Origin: Macrostomum lignano
Lineage: Eukaryota
Reading direction: 5' to 3'
Assembly (NCBI GenBank): GCA_002269645.1
Contig: NIVC01000778.1
Span: 310,001-374,000 of the forward strand
DNA: 64,000 nucleotides
The position numbers and the translations under genes are program-made. Positions 1-23,500 of the stretch are shown here, piece by piece. Positions within the stretch are counted from its first letter, which is position 1; each line of letters opens with the position of its first letter. The notes below the pieces were generated by a model that was not told the DNA's origin, ran no database searches, and saw nothing but the letters and a program-made list of their open reading frames with translations.

Positions 1-770
1 GAACGCCCCTCCATTGCCTCCACCAACCTATGCCCAACCCCCGGGCGTCTCCAAGGCCGACCTCGTGTTGTTCCCCACCCAGTCCGGTCGTGCTAAAGCT
101 TTCCCTTCATTTACAAATGGCTTATTTGTGCAGTTTCGTCATCTAAGCTGCAGGATTAGCTCTCTGCAGCCAGACTTCTGCATTGCTTGTTCAAAGTACA
201 TTGTCCTTCTGTCTGAGCTGGGAGTCTGTTAAAGCAGGCAGACTCAGTAGAGCAGTCCTACTCTCCGCCCACCCACGCCGCGGAGACGAAATCGCTTCTT
301 TCCTATTTTAGTAAAAAGAGAGATTTTTTCTTAATCTTTCGACTAAAGGTCAGGCATCCGGTGTCGGGTGCGAAATATATTGGCATTTGGCCACGTCACG
401 GCTGGCTGATATTTATTTGCCTGTTTCACATTTCTATATGATTCTTGATCGGAGTGGCTCTGGGAGTTGGGGTGGTTCCTGCTCTCGTCTCTCGTTGTAT
501 GCCAGGGTGATGGAGGATGTGCCGTGATATTTTTAGCCTTGGGCGGTCCCACGTGAATCGTGCAAGATCGTGAATAGCCTGAAACTGACGAAATAGTCAC
601 CCCCCCCCCCCTAGGGGCAGCTCCCTTATAGTTGCTGGGTAGAATATACACTTTGTAAGTGCGCGAGTTCGAATCAGATTTCGTCAGCATTTTTCTCTGG
701 GGGAAAAAGATGCTTAAGCTGTTGAACCGGAAGAGCGAAAGCTAAGACAAAAAATTCACTGCTATTTTGG

Positions 771-1592
771 TTCCACTCATTTCTGAGCGAGTGATTCTCA
801 CAGAGTTCCACTCATTTCTGAGCGAGTGATTCTCACAGAGTTCCACTCATTTCTGAGCGAGTGATTCTCACAGAGTTCCAGTCATTTCTGAGCGACTGAT
901 TCTCACAGAGTTCCACTCATTTCTGAGCGACTGATTCTCATATAGTTCCACTCATTTCTGATCGAGTGATTCTCATAGAGTTCTACTCATTTCTGATCGA
1001 GTGATTCTCACAGAGTTCCAGTCATTTCTGAGCGAGTGATTCTCACAGAGTTCTACTCATTTCTGAGTGAGTGATTCTCATAGAGTTCTACTCATTTCTG
1101 AACGAGTGATTCTTGTAGAGTTCTACTCATTTCTGAGCGAGTGATTCTCATATAGTTCCACTCATTTCTGATCGAGTGATTCTCACAGAGTTCCAGTCAT
1201 TTCTGAGCGAGTGATTCTCATAGAGTTCTACTCATTTCTGAGTGAGTGATTCTCATAGAGTTCCAGTCATTTCTGAGTGAGTGATTCTCATAGAGTTCCA
1301 GTCATTTCTGAGTGAGTGATTCTCATAGAGTTCCACTCATTTCTGAGCGAGTGATTCTCATAGAGTTCCACTCATTTCTGAGCGAGTGATTCTCATAGAG
1401 TTCCACTCATTTCTGAGTGAGTGATTCTCACAGAGTTCCAGTCATTTCTGAGTGAGTGATTCTCATAGAGTTCCACTCATTTCTGAGCGAGTGATTCTCA
1501 CAGAGTTCCACTCATTTCTGAGCGAGTGATTCTCATAGAGTTCCACTCATTTCTGAGTGAGTGATTCTCATAGAGTTTCACTCGTTTCTGAG
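771..1592. repeat. 35-bp minisatellite, about 23 copies (TTCCACTCATTTCTGAGCGAGTGATTCTCACAGAG)
   Basis: Head-to-tail copies with only point variants and no unique spacers. Confidence 0.95.
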
Positions 1593-3426
1593 CTTTTGCA
1601 CTCATTCCGCTCGACTTCTGTGTTTTCAATATCAACATATCTAGTCTAGCCAGAGACGAGGTACCGGCTCCCTTATCTCTGGCGGTGATTCATTTTTCAT
1701 TCTCAAGTGGCACAGAAGCAAGCGGTGTTGGCTAAAAAGTTTCTCACGGCACTGTTTCTGGCCCATGCAGCTTTGGCCAAGCCCCCTTGGTGGCAAACTG
1801 GCAAGGTTGCTGAAGGCCAATTTCTGTTTATTCCTGTGGCTAAAACCGATTTTTGCTCAGATTTTTTTGGTGCATCAGACCTTCGTTTGAAACAATCGTT
1901 GTGTGGCCATGCATGCGCCATACTTTTTTCTTGCTGCGCCAATGTTTAGAAGTCTTAATAAAGAGATTTAGGGGATGCAGTTATCATCATCAAAAATTTT
2001 TGATCGGGCAAATCTCTTTTTAAAAAAATGATAAAAACATTGCAGGCAAATCTTGGCGGGAAAAGCTCGGCGGGCAATTCGTCTGCGGGCAATTCTCATG
2101 GGCAATAGTAATTTGGGTAAGGGTGCAACCATCCTCGCCGGCTTCACAGAAAATAAAAAAAGCAAATAAAGTACGAGCAACTGCACACACTTATAAGGGG
2201 CTCAACTTGGTTCTTTATTTGGTTAAACTTTCCAACAGATAAACAATTCGGGAGTACGAAAGTTGCGCTGAAGTGCCGCCGAAGTTTACCTACCTTTGCA
2301 GTTCACCCACATTAATTTACATGTATTTAAGAGTAGTAAAGTTTAAACTATAACTCTATACTAACAATGTGTTCTACTCAATATTACGACTACCTTGCTT
2401 AGACGCCTAGTATGGATTTACATCTTTTAATTACATATATATCTGTCAACTGGTCCTATAGATCACGCGATCTGGAGCCCAGAAATACTCAAACCCGTCC
2501 CTAGCAGCACTAAAGATAAAGAGCACAGAATTTAAGGATTGCATGTTAAAAAATGAAATTAAAAATGAAATTTAAGGACCTAGACTCGTAAATACTTGTA
2601 AATTAATATAGGTGAAATGCAAATGTGGGAAAACTTCGGCGGGCAATTCTCGGTGGACAAAATTCGCGAGGGGCAAATTTCCTGCGGGCAATTTTCATTA
2701 GACCCAAACAATTCACAATTCACAACCAAAAAATAGTCAGCTTGGGGCTGGAGCCCTATAAAATCGATAAAAAAACAGGTTGCGATAAAAATGAGTTGGG
2801 GCTAAGATGAGAGGGGGCAGACAGACTGGGGCTGGGGGGAGGGAGAGCAGACAAAACCGGTTTCAGCCAATCAGCGTGCGGGTGGGGAGAGAAAAAAGGG
2901 GGAGAGATCAATGCAGGCTGGCTATAGTGGCTGAAATGAAGTCAGCAAGCCTCATTTTAATAAACTTACAATGAGTTTAAATTGATAAGTTTAAATTGTC
3001 CGCACAGGCAATGTGGACAGCAAAAAGTGCAAATCGTATATGATGAGTCGGATGCACAGTGGTCACAACAGTTACTATTATTATCAGCTCTAAAGCGCTA
3101 CTTAGTACAGTGATTTATCATTAAGGACCAATATAATTATCTGGTCCAGATTATAGCGTATTCATTTGTGTAAGTACAACAATAATACAACTAGCTAACT
3201 AAATGAGCTGGTAAAGGTCTTAGAGTCAACACAGTCGCAAAAAATCGTCAAAAGTGCAACGGTCAAAGAAGGTCAATCGACCGCCTTTTGTGAGAAAATG
3301 TTGTGGGTCACGACGTTTTAAAAAGGACAAAACGTATTTTACGAGTCTGATGCAGTCTCAGGTTGGGGAAAAGTGTCTCTTCAACAGGCGGTATCCCTGG
3401 TATCTCAGCGGACCTACTACTCTTCA

Positions 3427-14569
<11,143 letters not shown>

Positions 14570-14799
14570 GCGTTTTTGAATTTGTTCTGAATTATTCTAT
14601 GTTGAGTTCAATTTCAATGGGAAGCAAGAGGGACTCTGTGTGGGATCAGGGGAGTGTACGAGATATTTATTAATAAAACTGTGGCCACCTCAGTGCTCTT
14701 CGCTCATGATTGGATGTTGTAGTGCCGGTTATTTAGTTGCTTCTTTAATCCACATGTATCTTTGATACTGATAGTTGGTCATTGTATATCTATGACTGT

Positions 14800-15030
14800 G
14801 GTCATTGGTCATACTGGTCATACTAGATCTATGAGCTTAGTCATTCTAAATATATGAGTTTATCATGCTACGTATATGACCTTGGTCATGCTAGCTACAT
14901 AACCCTGATCAATTTGATTTTATAACCCTTAATCATGCTAGATCTATGACTTTGCTCATGCTAGATCAATGACTCTGCTCATGCTAGATCTATAACTCTG
15001 CTCATGCTAGATCTATGACTCTGTTCATGT
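14800..15030. repeat. Degenerate about 23-bp repeat (TCATGCTAGATCTATGACTCTGC)
   Basis: Visible degenerate array upstream of the GPCR start codon. Confidence 0.75.
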
Positions 15031-15324
15031 TATTCGAAAGATTTAAATATAGAAAATCCATGTTGACCTTGGCCAGTCGAGATCAATGGGCCTAGTCATT
15101 CTTAATTTTTTATTCTTGGTAATTTTAGATTTATTAACCTAGTAATTCCAAACTCATGATCGTATTTGCGCTAGATCAATGAGCCTAGTCATGCCAACTT
15201 TATGACCCATATGATGTCTGATCTATGATTCTATGAATAGCTTGCATTTTCAATCTGTGCACTGCAGCTTTTTCTGCGTGGCTGGCCATGATTAATTTAT
15301 GACCATGCTCATGCTCACCACATG

Positions 15325-15692
15325 AACCTAGTCATAGTCGGCATGATACTAGTCATATTCGGTATAATACTGGTCATAGTCAGCATGATACTGGTCATAG
15401 TCGGAATGATAATGGTCATAGTCGGCATGATACTGGTCATAGTCGGCGTGATACTGGTCATAGTCGGCATGATACTGGTCATAGTCGGCATGGCACTGGT
15501 CATAGTCGACATGACACTGGTCATAGTCGGCATGATACTCCTCATATCGGCATGACACTGGTCATAGTCGGCATGACACTGGTCATAGTCGGCATGATAC
15601 TGGTCATAGTCGGCATGATACTGGTCATAGTCGGAATGATACTGGTCATAGGCGGCATGATACTGGTCATAGTCGGCATGATACTAGTCATA
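15325..15692. repeat. 21-bp minisatellite (GGTCATAGTCGGCATGATACT)
   Basis: Visible tandem array. Confidence 0.95.
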
Positions 15693-16855
15693 ACATCGAA
15701 ACAATGCTGTAAAAAATCAATTTTCATAGGCCCAGGTCGCAAACTTTTCATGTTTACCGATCACACTGATTAAGTATCAGATAGCGGCCTTCCAGAGTCA
15801 TCTGCTCTCTAATTAAAATCAAAAGTCTCATCAAGGCTGGGTAGACATTTACTCGAATAGACAAAGACAAAGAGTCTTCTTGACGCATGATCAAAGAAAT
15901 TTAGATCCTGATGACAAGTCACCTGCGCACTGCTCTGCAGCCAAGTCAATCTAATTAGTCTGCTCGTCACGCGCCTTTGACTTTAATGCCAACAAGCAGC
16001 GTTGAAGATTCGGAGCGAAAGTAAAAATCAGACATCTCCCCGAAAGTTTTTTGATCTGGAAAATCATTTTGAAGACGCTGACTTTTTTGTCACAATGGTA
16101 AAAAAATACACTAGCAAGAGTCAGGACCGCTGTACACCCTGTGTGAGCGTGTGCATGAGTGCGCGCCTGTGTGGGTATTTTGTTGCACTCTTTATTTGCA
16201 ACTCAGTTTGTCATAATTTACCATAGACTAATTTCCTTTTACAGTTCTTTCTCGCCCCAACCCTTTTCATCGTTAACTCATAAAATATATTGCAATTCAT
16301 ATCTAAGTTAAGTTGTAGTTTCACTACACCTGCGTACAGCATTGGCGCTTGTATGTGCTCAGCGGAATGGGCAGAATTGACTCAGCGCTGGCTGTGAGAC
16401 AATGTCGCCGAAGGCCTTGCGCTAGTATAAAGTGCGAAAGTGTAAATAGCTTAAATTTGATAGGGTGAGCAGGTATTGATCCCTGAAACAAGGGAAACAA
16501 TAAAACCAGTTTATTAAGCTAATAAGGTCGTCAAATTAAAACAAAAAGTGCAGCTATGACTAGAGCTATGAGCGGAGCCAGCAGCAAGAGCATCTCAAAA
16601 GTAGCTCGAAAATTGCGTGCCACAATGATTTCATTTTTTACTTTTTGAAATGAAAAACTTCTCAACAAGCAAACATCGGCGGAGGCTTGCATGCGTAACC
16701 TGGGACGAAAAGTCTGGAGACAAAACGATTGTGAATTGAAAACTAAAGTTGGGGATTAAAAAGATGTGGCAGTCAGCTGGCTTTTGGTGGCACTATGGGC
16801 CGTTATCTATCAGATATTGGCTACTTTTTACTTTTTACTAGCTCACCTGTTACAA

Positions 16856-17068
16856 AGAGGCCGTTAGCTGTTAGACAGGCGCCAATCTGTTACATCTGAG
16901 GCCGTCAGCTGTTAGACAGGCGCAAATCTGTTACATCTGAGGCCATCAGCTGTTAGACAGGCGCCAATCTGTTACATCTGAGGCCGTCAGCTGTTAGACA
17001 GGCGCCAATCTGTTACATCTGAAGCCATCAGCTGTTAGACAGGCGCCAATCTGTTACACCTGAGGCCG
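16856..17068. repeat. 41-bp tandem repeat, about 5 copies
   Basis: Unit CTGTTAGACAGGCGCCAATCTGTTACATCTGAGGCCGTCAG. Confidence 0.9.
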
Positions 17069-17589
17069 CCATAAAAATTTCTGCAATTTAACAGCCAGCC
17101 AACTGCACAACAGCACTACATCATATAGATATATTTGTGCATATACTAGTGCAATACAAAATCTGCCAGCTACGTATTACAGGAAACTAAAAACAAAAAC
17201 AGAAGCAGCTACAAGAACAGCAGGAACAATGACAATAAGCGAAAGATATCTGACAAGTAAGTAGTGCAGATAGCGCATCAGTTGAAAGCTTGGTAGATGC
17301 ATTCCGACCTCTCCAGAGTATAATATTTGCCAATTGATGGATGGCAAAACTAAAAAAATAAAAGACAAAATAGTCAGTCAGAGTCGCTACATACTACTGA
17401 TGCCATTGAAGCAACTTCTAAGCAAAACGGTGGAGCGGATTGGTTTAAAGTACATTTACCGAGTGACATTTATTGTTCTAGAGCAAATAAGCAAGCGAGG
17501 GCGCAGGCAGCACTGCATTGAGGGACAATATGTGTTGAGATAAAAACATGGACAGCAATCACTGATGACGGGTCACCGATCTCCCCCTG

Positions 17590-20500
17590 TCACTTGGCTC
17601 GCTGGATTCGCATCACAAATAAGCCGCTTAGAACGAAATAGACAGCCGTCACTGAGAACAGTATGATGTAGCCAAGGCCGATCTTGCAGTTCACTCGCTC
17701 GAATAAGTCCAGTATGATGCCGCCCACTGGCACTGCCAGGGCTTGCGGCAGCACCAGCGCCTGCAGACAGCCGGTTGAGGAATGGGATGCAAATGGGATT
17801 TGAGATGGGATGCAATGGGGATTTGAGATGGGATGCAATGGGGATTTGAGATGGGATGCAATAGGGATTTGAGATGGGATGCAATAGGGATTTGAGATGG
17901 GATGCAAATGGGATTTGAGATGGGATGCAAATGGGATTTGAGATGGGATGCAAATGGGATTTGAGATGGGATGCAAATGGGGATTTGAGATGGGATGCAA
18001 TGGGGATTTGAGATGGGATGAAAATGGGATTTAGATGGGATGTTGAGATGTTGGGAGTGTTGGGAATGTTGGGATGTTGGGAATGTTGGGAATGTTGGGA
18101 ATGTTGGGAATGTTGGGAATGTTGGGAATGTTGGGAATGTTGGGAAATTTTGGGAATCCCAGCTTGGGATTTAGGATGGGATGCTTGGGATTTAGGATGG
18201 GATGCTTGGGATTCAGGATGGGATGCTTGGGATTTAGGATGGGATGCTTGGGATTCAGGATGGGATGCTTGGGATTCAGGATGGGATGCTTAGGATTCAG
18301 GATGGGATGCTTGGGATTCAGGATGGGATGCTTGGGATTCAGGATGGGATGCTTAGGATTCAGGATGGGATGCTTGGGATTCAGGATGGGATGCTTGGGA
18401 TTCAGGATGGGTGGCTTTGGATTCAGAATAGGATTTGAGATGGGATGCAATTGGGATTCAGGATGGGATGCTTGGGATTCAGAATGGGATGCTGGGGATT
18501 CGGGATGAGGTTTAAGATGGAATTCGAGATGAACGATGCAATTGGTATGCAATTAAAATTCAAAATGGGATTTGAGATGGAATTCTAGATAGGATACAGT
18601 TGGAATTCTATAAAATATTAAAGATTTTAAGAAGTAGATGGGACATCATAAATCTTCTAGATGGGATTTGAGATGTTCCACGGCTTGGCTGAGTTATCCA
18701 AGAGAATTTTGATTGGGCTGAGACAGCAAGCATAGGTAAATCCCAAGGTAGTTCTCTAAAAACGAACCTGCTGCCAGACGGCGATGTCACGTGACTTGTC
18801 ATTCTCGTCAGGCAGCACGTCCATGAGCAGGGCGAAGTCCACAGCCTGGTAGCCGCCGAATGAGAGGCCGAAGATCACGGAGAGGGCGGTAGCGATGTAG
18901 AAGGCGTGCTGGCCGCGCAGGCCCGCCAGGAACGCGGCGCTGAAGCCCATCAGGACGGAGGCGGCGATCACCAGGGGCTTGCGGCGGCCGATCTTGTCTG
19001 ACAGCAGGCCGGAGACCACGGAGCTGTGGCGACGGGGTGGGGTTTTGGCTGCGACTGTGCACTCTGGGCTGATTGGCTGCGGCACTGAACCTGAGCTGAT
19101 TGGCTGGGACACTGAACTCTGAGCTGATTGGCTGGGACACTGAACCTGAGCTGATTGGCTGGGACACTGAACCTGAGCTGATTGGCTGGGACACTGAACT
19201 CTGAGCTGATTGGCTGGGACACTGAACCTGAGCTGATTGGCTGGGACACTGAACCTGAGCTGATTGGCTGGGACACTGAACTCTGAGCTGATTGGCTGGG
19301 ACACTGAACTCTGAGCTGATTGGCTGAGACACTGAACTCTGAGCTGATTGGTTGGGACACTGAACTCTGAGCTGATTGGCTGGGACACTGAACTCTGAGC
19401 TGATTGGCTGAGATACTGAACTCTGAGCTGATTGGCTGGGACACTGAACCTGAGCTGATTGGCTGAGATACTGAACTCTGAGCTGATTGGCTGGCAACCG
19501 ACAGCAAAGTAAATATTTTCCCAGAGACTCCAATAATGAAATTTCATTTATAAACGACTCACGATAGCGCGGCAGTGCAGAGCAGCGGAATGAGCAGCAT
19601 TGAGACGCCCTTAGCCGCGTTCCAGCAATTCGGCAGGTTCACCATGTCGCCAAGCCAGTATTCCAAGAATCTGCAGGACGGATAAACAATTGGTTAATTA
19701 AAAAATAAACAGACTGTATGCTACTATGAGTAGCTTAACACTTACCCAACGACAGTTGATAATCCCTGCTGCATCAGGAAACGAGTAATAAAAACCCATC
19801 GAAAGTCGTGTTCTGAAAAATTAGTATCAATGCAATAAAATGAATCTGACGACTTTTATATTTACTACTGATTACTGCAATGATAAGTAGTCGAGTAAGG
19901 TTTTAAAATACCTTTCAATGGCATCCAAAATCCAAGTAGCAGGTCTTTGCATTCTGCAAAAAAATGAAATAAAAAATGGAGTTAATCGATTTTCAAACTT
20001 TGATCAGGCGAAAATTGTTCTCAGAGACTCACTGATTGGTGGATGCGTGTCCTTTGTTGGCGGTTCTTCTACTGAGAACACTGTGATTGCGATGCAGGGA
20101 ATCAGGATGCAGATCACCTCGCCATACAGACCCAGGACGCCAAGGTTCTGTTGGAGTGGGAGATTTAGAATTGGTGCTCAGCTGACTGCTCACTGTACTC
20201 AATAGTGAGTCAGCTGACTGTGCTGCTCACTGTGCTCAATAGTGAGTCAGCTGACTGTGCTGCTCACTGTGCTCAATAGTGAGTCAGCTGACTGTGCTGC
20301 TCACTGTGCTCAATAGTGAGTCAGCTGACTGTGCTGCTCACTGTGCTCAATAGTGAGTCAGCTGACTGTGCTGCTCACTGTGCTCAATAGTGAGTCAGCT
20401 GACTGTGCTGCTCACTGTACTCAATAGTGAGTCAGCTGACTGTGCTGCTCACTGTGCTCAATAGTGAGTCAGCTGACTGTGCTGCTCACTGTACTCAATA

Positions 20501-23500
20501 GTGAGTCAGCTGACTGTGCTGCTCACTGTGCTCAATAGTGAGTCAGCTGACTGTGCTGCTCACTGTGCTCAATAGTGAGTCAGCTGACTGTGCTCAACGG
20601 ATGATACTCAGACTAAGAGGATTAGCAGATATAGTACAGTTAAAGCCACACTAAGCCAAAGTCACATACGTTTATAAACAGCCCCAACGCAGCCCCGGAA
20701 ATGTTGCCCAGCAGAATCATGCCGCCCATAACTCCGCTGCTGAGTCCTGGAAATTGATTATAACGAACACGTGCTCCACTTATTACTGTCCGCAGTAGGG
20801 AACATAGTACAGTTATTTTAATGACACTCATATAACTTAAGTGTTTTTATTGCAAAGAATTCACCTCTCTGGGATGGATGCGCCTTGTCAGCGATGAGAG
20901 CGTTATAGGGTGTGATGGTGCACACGTAGGAGACTGTCACCACAAAATAGAACGGTATGAATAGGCCTGCAATGATTGTAATGCGTTTAATATTGTATTA
21001 TATGGGCCTAATAAAATACAGTAGCCATGGCAACTATTGTAAACATATTTTTTGCCACTAAGAGTTACTAACCCAGACTTCCGGATAAAACTTCGTCATC
21101 CACGGCAAGATTTTCCTCTTTGGCTTCCAGCACCACTTTTTTGGTGCGATACTCCTTCAGGTAGGGGTTGTAGTAGCTGCTGCCGTTTCTGTACTGGTAG
21201 AACGGCTTGCAGCGGACTTGCACCAGGTCCACGTTGCACTGTGGGCGCCGCGAGTTGGGGTTGGGGCTTGAGCTGGGCTGGTTTCGGGCTGGGGTTTGGG
21301 CTGGGGCTTGAGCTGGGCTGGATTCGGGATGGGGTTTGAGCTGGGCTGGTTTCGGGCTGGGGTTTGAGCTGGGGTTTGAGCTGGGCTGGTTTCGGGTTGG
21401 GGTTTGAGCTGGGACTGGATTCGGGTTGGGGTTTGAGCTGGGCTGGTTTCGGGTTAGGGTTTGAGCTGGGACTGGATTCGGGTTGGGGTTTGAGCTGGGG
21501 TTTGAGCTGGGCTGGATTCGGGTTAGGGTTTGAGCTGGGGTTTGAGCTGGGGTTTGAGCTGGGGCTGGTTTCGGGTTGGGGTTTGAGCTGGGGTTTGAGC
21601 TGGGTTGTGTTAAGTTTGGGTTGCCTTAAACAATGAGCTGCCCTTCCCTTACCATTCCGTTTTCGTCGGTATTCGAAGTTCCATTTTCTCCATTGACCAT
21701 TTTTTTGCTGCAACAAAAGAAGCAGAGTAAAGAGGATTCAAAGCAGAAAATACAAACGAGACACTGTATGGGAATATGTTACTAAAAGTAGTGTTGTAAT
21801 TTTAAAATTCCTGGAAATTATCAAATACCGAAAGTGATTTTTTTAAACTGGCGCCTTTTTTAAATCACGAACGGAAATTGGAAGTCACTCACAAGTGCAC
21901 CTTCGGCGCGCTCAGTCCCATGCCGAGCAGGCCCAGACTGAAATGAGTGAGTGAGCGGGTGCGACATCAGTGCGTGTTGAGAACTGTTTTTTCTCTGCTA
22001 TGGTGTGGGGCATCGATTTTCTATTCTATTCCCTCTGCTCGCCTCCCAGAGCCGTGCGGAAAGGTTGGAGAGGCCGAGGGCTGCAGGCAGGGCGGAACAG
22101 ACGGTGGCCTCAAGCGCTGATGAAGCAAGGGAAGCTGGAGGGCGAAAGTGACTGGGGAATTCAAAAGAGTGGGAAGGGTAAAGGGTCAGAAAGTGCATCG
22201 AAAAAATGCGGCGCCAAAAACAATGGGAAAATAGCGGCAAGGTACGAAGCGAAAAGCAGGTGAAAAGATCTATTGCATTGCTTAGCTGTCAACAATAGCA
22301 GAAATTACAAATTAAATTGCTCCGCTAGCTACCATACTTTTTGCATACTTTTCAAATTTATTAATGAACTGACTTATTACAGCGACGTCACTACGACTGA
22401 AGCTTCCATAGACACCGCACTCCATAGACACCGCACTCCATAGACACTGCACTCCATAGACACCGCACTCCATAGACACTGCACTCCATAGACACCGCAC
22501 TCCATAGACACCGCACTCCATAGACACTGCACTCCATAGACACCGCACTCCATAGACACCGCACTCCATAGACACCGCACTCCATAGACACTGCACTCCA
22601 TAGACACCGCACTCCATAGACACCGCACTCCATAGACACTGCACTCCATATACACCGCACTCCATAGACACCGCACTCCATAGACACTGCACTCCATAGA
22701 CACCGCACTCCATAGACACTGCACTCCATAGACGCTGCACTCCATAGACACTGCACTCCATAGACACCGCACTCCATAGACACCGCACTCCATAGACACC
22801 GCACTCCATAGACACTGCACTCCATAGACACCGTACTCCATAGACACCGCATTACATAGACACTGCACTCCATAGACACTGCACTCCATAGACACCACAC
22901 TTCATAGACACCGCACTCCATAGACACTGCATTCCATAGACACTGCACTCCATAGACACCGCACTCCATAGACACTTCACTCCATAGACACTGCACTCCA
23001 TAGACACCGCACTCCATAGACACTGCATTCCATAGACACTGCACTCCATAGACACCGCACTCCATAGACACCGCACTCCGCACCCACCCCACTACCAGCA
23101 AAAAGTGCGGGCAACTCACCACAGACACAGCGTGGCCACCACCATGACGGGTCGCCGACGTCCGAATTTGGACACCAGCCGATCGCTCTGCATGCCGATT
23201 AGCGGGCCAGAGATGAAGGTCAGCACGGCGCCACCGGCCACCATGCCGCCCAACACCGAGCCCTTGTTGCCCGAACCGACCATCGCCTGCACCTGGGCTG
23301 GGACCACTGGAACGGTTCGGTGGGAAGGAATTTTGGGATTACAATAACATGTTTTATCCATGTATTGTTGATTTAGCGATCAATACCTTTCAATAATTCA
23401 TGTGTAATTTTTTCACAATTTAATCTCACCTGAATCTAATCTATCGTAAATATAATCTTACCTGAATTTAGTATCAACTGAATCTAACCTCACCTAAATC

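Noticed and set aside
343-690. ORFs 343-690 (-) and 1707-1949 (+)
   Set aside because: No recognisable motifs and no supporting exon chain.
771-1592. CRISPR array (35-bp partly palindromic units; also the 37-bp array at 20178-20596)
   Set aside because: Units abut with no unique spacers, there are no cas genes, and the context is eukaryotic.
22117-22148. Hammerhead ribozyme core (CTGATGA; also minus-strand hits near 32455 and 54210)
   Set aside because: No GAAA directly closes stem II and no stems I or III were found.
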